A stretch of 64,000 nt of DNA from a virus. A program made the position numbers and the translations under genes. The notes under the pieces were generated by a model. It was not told the origin of the DNA, ran no database searches, and worked only from the letters and a program-made list of their open reading frames with translations. The DNA is taken from positions 12,747-76,746 of the IMG/VR virus record IMGVR_UViG_3300034105_002043. One strand, 5' to 3'. Positions within the stretch are counted from its first letter, which is position 1. Each line of letters begins with the position of its first letter. Positions 60,597 to 64,000 of this stretch are shown here, in pieces.

Positions 60597-61316
60597 TTAA
60601 ATATGATTTTCTAATCTTTTGTTTATAATCTCGCAGTATTCATTAGATATTTCGCTACCAATCCAATTTCTATTATTTAATATTGCCATTTTTGCAGTTG
60701 TTCCGCTACCCATAAAAGGGTCGTAAACCAAATCATTTTCTTCCGTACAAGATAATATACAATTATTAACTAATTCTTCGGGAAATGGCGCAGGAAATTT
60801 ATTTTTTACATCAGGGCTTATGTTCCAAACGTTAGTATTAAATAATGCTTTTTTCCTATTGAATTTTACCCTACTATCTTTTTCTTTTTGTAGCCAAAAA
60901 ATATATTCTGTAATTGGAAAAAAATAACTTTTGTCTAATTTAGGTGTGTTTTTTCTATTCCAAATTATAGTTTGCTTTAATGGAAAATCATAAATAAACA
61001 ACGGGTTTACCTCTTGATGATTTTTTTGTATTGGCTGATGGTTATAAAAAAAACTTCCTGTTGGTTTTAAAATTCGTAAACACTCTTTTATAAACTTCCT
61101 TTGCCATTCTTCGTAGTCTTTTGGATTTAAGTTGTCAGAATAATTTTCATAATCTATTCTTCTTGCTTTTGTTTTAAATCCATTGTTAAGGTTTCTATTA
61201 CTACTCCAATAACCTTTGTTATAAGGAGGGGAAGTCACTATTAAATCCACAAAATTATCAGGCATTTTAGCCATAGTTTCAAGATTGTTTTCGTTATAAA
61301 TTTTGTTTATTTCCAT
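60597..61316 (-). CDS. beta-class DNA methyltransferase (N4-C likely)
   Basis: DLIVTSPPY, FPAPFP, VYDPFMGSGTT. Confidence 0.92.
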   Translation of the reverse strand: MEINKIYNENNLETMAKMPDNFVDLIVTSPPYNKGYWSSNRNLNNGFKTKARRIDYENYSDNLNPKDYEEWQRKFIKECLRILKPTGSFFYNHQPIQKNHQEVNPLFIYDFPLKQTIIWNRKNTPKLDKSYFFPITEYIFWLQKEKDSRVKFNRKKALFNTNVWNISPDVKNKFPAPFPEELVNNCILSCTEENDLVYDPFMGSGTTAKMAILNNRNWIGSEISNEYCEIINKRLENHI

Positions 61317-61345
61317 TGTAATAAGTTATTAATTTTTGTTTATGC

Positions 61346-61495
61346 TTAATTTAAAGTTAAAGATTTTAAATCTTGAATACATAAATGTAGTTGTTGAACC
61401 TTACCTCTTTTAATTTTATCTTTTTGGTAATTTTTATCAGAAACAAGTAAATCAAATTCCTTACACCATTTGTCCATTAATTCTTCTTTTTTCAT
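61346..61495 (-). CDS. 49-aa hypothetical protein (not in ORF track)
   Basis: MKKEELMDKWCKEF...*, fills the gap. Confidence 0.55.
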   Translation of the reverse strand: MKKEELMDKWCKEFDLLVSDKNYQKDKIKRGKVQQLHLCIQDLKSLTLN

Positions 61496-61505
61496 AGTTG
61501 ATTTT

Positions 61506-61772
61506 TTATTTTTTAATATCTCTTTTTGTCTGTACTTCTAAATCTATATGTTTAATCAATTCCAAAGGCTTAATCGTTCCTCGATTATGTATTATACCTA
61601 ACCATTCTGCATCATCTTGAACACAACCTATTTTATAAAATTTACCTACTTTAAAATTATTAAAAAAACATTCTTCATTTACAGATACTACTTTTACAAT
61701 GTCGTTGTTTTTAATTACTACATTATTAACATCAAGGTAAATACCTGTATATTCATCTTTTTTATTTTTCAT
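61506..61772 (-). CDS. hypothetical protein (YopX C-terminal-like start)
   Basis: YTGIYLDVNNVVIKNNDIV. Confidence 0.55.
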   Translation of the reverse strand: MKNKKDEYTGIYLDVNNVVIKNNDIVKVVSVNEECFFNNFKVGKFYKIGCVQDDAEWLGIIHNRGTIKPLELIKHIDLEVQTKRDIKK

Positions 61773-61777
61773 AGTTC

Positions 61778-62515
61778 TTATTTTAAAAGTGTTCTTAATT
61801 TGGCTTTGGTTTCTTCAGGGAAGTCGCTATTAAGCACCCAATTCAAGTAGGCGGTATCTTTTGTTACAGGATTGTTAGCGTTCTTTCCGATTGACCAACA
61901 AACCTCTCCGTTTGCGTTCAAATAAGTTTTTCCGCTTAAATCAAAACGTTTTCTCTCTCCTTGACACATTAAATCAATTTCCTGCGGTGTAAGGTCGTTT
62001 TTTCCGTGTTTCTCTAATTGACACATTAAAATCTCAAAAGTGGCTTTGATGTCATTCAGAGCATCGTGTGCGCCCTCTAATTCTTTTCCTGTGTATCTCA
62101 AGTAAACCTCTGAAAGTTTATTAGAGTTTAACATTCTCTCAAATTTCAAAACGTCAACCAAGTTTAACTCCCAAGTTGGAAAGTCTATTCCGCATCTACT
62201 AAATTCTTTCATCAGAAGAGGAACGTCATAATAGTCAGAATTAAAACCTGCTATATCGCAATTCTCAAAGTACGAAAACAATGATTTTGAAATTTGTTTA
62301 AAGGTAGGCGCATCGGCTACCATTTCGTTTGTGATACCGTGAATGTCAGACGCTTCTTTAGGTATATCCATTTCAGGATTAATTAAGATTTTCTTTTCTT
62401 CGGTTTTGCCCTCCAAATCAATTTTAAGAGTTGCTATTGATACCGCTCTGTCTGTTGACAAATCTAAACCTGTTGTTTCAAGGTCAAAAAATACTATTGG
62501 TCGTGTTATGTTCAT
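61778..62515 (-). CDS. DnaQ-like DEDDh 3'-5' exonuclease
   Basis: FFDLETTG, IHGIT, GFN...YD, HDALND. Confidence 0.93.
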   Translation of the reverse strand: MNITRPIVFFDLETTGLDLSTDRAVSIATLKIDLEGKTEEKKILINPEMDIPKEASDIHGITNEMVADAPTFKQISKSLFSYFENCDIAGFNSDYYDVPLLMKEFSRCGIDFPTWELNLVDVLKFERMLNSNKLSEVYLRYTGKELEGAHDALNDIKATFEILMCQLEKHGKNDLTPQEIDLMCQGERKRFDLSGKTYLNANGEVCWSIGKNANNPVTKDTAYLNWVLNSDFPEETKAKLRTLLK

Positions 62516-62519
62516 ATTT

Positions 62520-62774
62520 TTATTTTTTTTGTTTTATGATTCTCGGTGGGTAATAATTTTCTTTAAGAAATTTTGGCAAGGAAACAGGAGTTTCTTTAGG
62601 TAACTCATCGTACTTATCAAGCACTTTATCCCAAGTTATTACTCCTTTTTTTGAATTAAGATTGTGCGCTTTATTTTTACAATCTTGAGAGCAAAACTTT
62701 TTATTAGGTCTTTCTGAAGTACCAATTATATCAGAACACATTGGGTTTGCACATTTTCTAATCAACGTTGCCAT
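62520..62774 (-). CDS. zinc-finger (TRASH-like) protein
   Basis: CANPMC...KFCSQDC. Confidence 0.7.
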   Translation of the reverse strand: MATLIRKCANPMCSDIIGTSERPNKKFCSQDCKNKAHNLNSKKGVITWDKVLDKYDELPKETPVSLPKFLKENYYPPRIIKQKK

Positions 62775-63084
62775 TAGTGTAACTTTTAATTATGTTTTGT
62801 AATTCTCTTTTTCTTGTTTTGTATCTTAAAACTACACTATCGAAGTCTAATTTAAGAGCAACTAAATCTAAATCTTCAGACTCTTCCACAACAACCTCTT
62901 CAGTATCAGAAACTACTGACTTATATTTTCTTACAGAGGCTTCTAATTCTCTTTTAATATTGACTAACTTTTCGTCATTACTGCCGTGAGCCATTAAATA
63001 TTCTAACTCGGCATTAACTTCAGTTAATTTCTCGACTACTGCTATAACCTGCAATACGTCCTGTGCGGTATAAATCTTATCCAT
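62758..63084 (-). CDS. coiled-coil hypothetical protein
   Basis: 108-aa ORF in operon. Confidence 0.65.
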   Translation of the reverse strand: MDKIYTAQDVLQVIAVVEKLTEVNAELEYLMAHGSNDEKLVNIKRELEASVRKYKSVVSDTEEVVVEESEDLDLVALKLDFDSVVLRYKTRKRELQNIIKSYTNGNVD

Positions 63085-63180
63085 AAATTATATATTTTAA
63101 AATTGCTACTATTATTAAAATCGACACTAACCAAGCGGTTACTTCAATACAAACGTTTTTAAATTTTTTCATTTTTTAGT

Positions 63181-63363
63181 TTATTTTTTTACTTCTATTC
63201 TTACTGATTCCCAATACTCTAATTCCCCTGCTTTTAAATCGTCTGAAATTATTTTTGTTTCTAATAGGAAATCTAACACTTCTAAAATCTCATTGTGTTT
63301 TAAATCCATTATAGAACTTACCTTTCTAAATAATTCATCTGCTTTTTGTTTCGGAGGTAACAT
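63181..63363 (-). CDS. small phage protein
   Basis: PKQKADEL...YWESVRIE pattern common in Bacteroidota phages. Confidence 0.65.
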   Translation of the reverse strand: MLPPKQKADELFRKVSSIMDLKHNEILEVLDFLLETKIISDDLKAGELEYWESVRIEVKK

Positions 63364-63384
63364 AACTTATTTTTCTTTAAATTG

Positions 63385-63522
63385 TTAAAACCATTCTTTT
63401 TGACACTTACTACATTCGTATATCTGTGAGCCATTATACTCATAAGTATTTTTCATAACGCTATTACAACAAGGACTTTTTAACTTAAAAAAATCTAAAA
63501 TTTTGGTAAATATTTTTTTCAT
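63385..63522 (-). CDS. 45-aa zinc-ribbon protein (not in ORF track)
   Basis: SPCCNS...YECSKC.KEWF*; ATGA overlap with the upstream gene. Confidence 0.65.
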   Translation of the reverse strand: MKKIFTKILDFFKLKSPCCNSVMKNTYEYNGSQIYECSKCQKEWF

Positions 63523-63863
63523 AATTTTATTTTTTTACAAATTTCTACATTTTTAGGAATAGGTTTGAAAGGTATAGAGTATCCACAAAGATTACATTTT
63601 AAAAGTCCAACTTCAATTTCGATAAATTTATGACTATTAAATTTTAGCATATTAATCAATTTATCTTCTTGGTCTTTTTCAGAAGTGGGTTTACCTTGAA
63701 ACACCATTATTTGATTTTCAATAAAGTCATCAGACATATCTCTATAACTAAATTCTTCTTGAAATCCGTTTATAATTTTGTTGTGAAGTTTTTCCATTTC
63801 TGACCTTTTAAGATTTAATGGATTTACTTCTCCATTAAATTCGTCAAATGTTTCTTTACCCAT
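63519..63863 (-). CDS. hypothetical protein
   Basis: 114-aa ORF, HKF...CNLCG. Confidence 0.65.
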   Translation of the reverse strand: MGKETFDEFNGEVNPLNLKRSEMEKLHNKIINGFQEEFSYRDMSDDFIENQIMVFQGKPTSEKDQEDKLINMLKFNSHKFIEIEVGLLKCNLCGYSIPFKPIPKNVEICKKIKL

Positions 63864-64000
63864 AATCTTATTTGTTTTTAAATTTATTTTTCTTGTCCTT
63901 TTTTAATTAAATAATACCATAGCCAAATAAGTTTACTTCTAATAAATTCGTAGGCTAACAAAATAAAAATGTACTTCATAACTTATAATTTTCTATCTAA

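Noticed and set aside
768-62989. Numerous + strand ORFs in the supplied track
   Set aside because: All are antisense shadows of tightly packed - strand genes with recognisable motifs; F/S/L-rich with mostly non-ATG starts
1-64000. tRNA/rRNA genes, integrase, transposase, alternative genetic code
   Set aside because: None seen; intergenic gaps are short and AT-rich, and standard code 11 gives near-complete coding density

Overview
AT-rich (roughly 30% GC by eye), densely coding viral DNA with essentially all genes on the - strand. Bacteroidota sigma70 promoters (TTTG-N19-21-TAnnTTTG), SD-less AT-rich leaders and a SusC-type domain point to a Flavobacterium-like host. There are four modules. 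(1) 1-15.4 kb is a morphogenesis/lysis module with an FtsK/HerA (A32/P9-like) packaging ATPase, a 233-aa beta-rich candidate single-jelly-roll capsid protein, about 20 small membrane proteins, several peptidoglycan hydrolases and a Tlr6F/DUF5754-like gene. No terminase, portal or tail gene is recognisable, which suggests an unusually large non-tailed, membrane-containing virus. (2) 15.4-43.9 kb holds five polyvalent proteins (1731, 2368, 2281, 769 and 315 aa) whose domains (DUF2958, ParB-like, GNAT, ADP-ribosyltransferase-like, zeta kinase, Cys-His protease-like, etc.) are separated by about 65 copies of a [FYML]-x-x-G-G motif. They flank a MoxR AAA+/VWA/(GQ)92 cassette. This is the best candidate for an undescribed system: protease-processed effector polyproteins. 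(3) 44-54 kb carries putative anti-defence sponges and a glycan biosynthesis cluster. (4) 54-64 kb carries tailed-phage-like replication/early genes (replisome organiser, SSB, DnaQ exonuclease, two DNA MTases). All family assignments come from motif recognition by eye; no searches were run.
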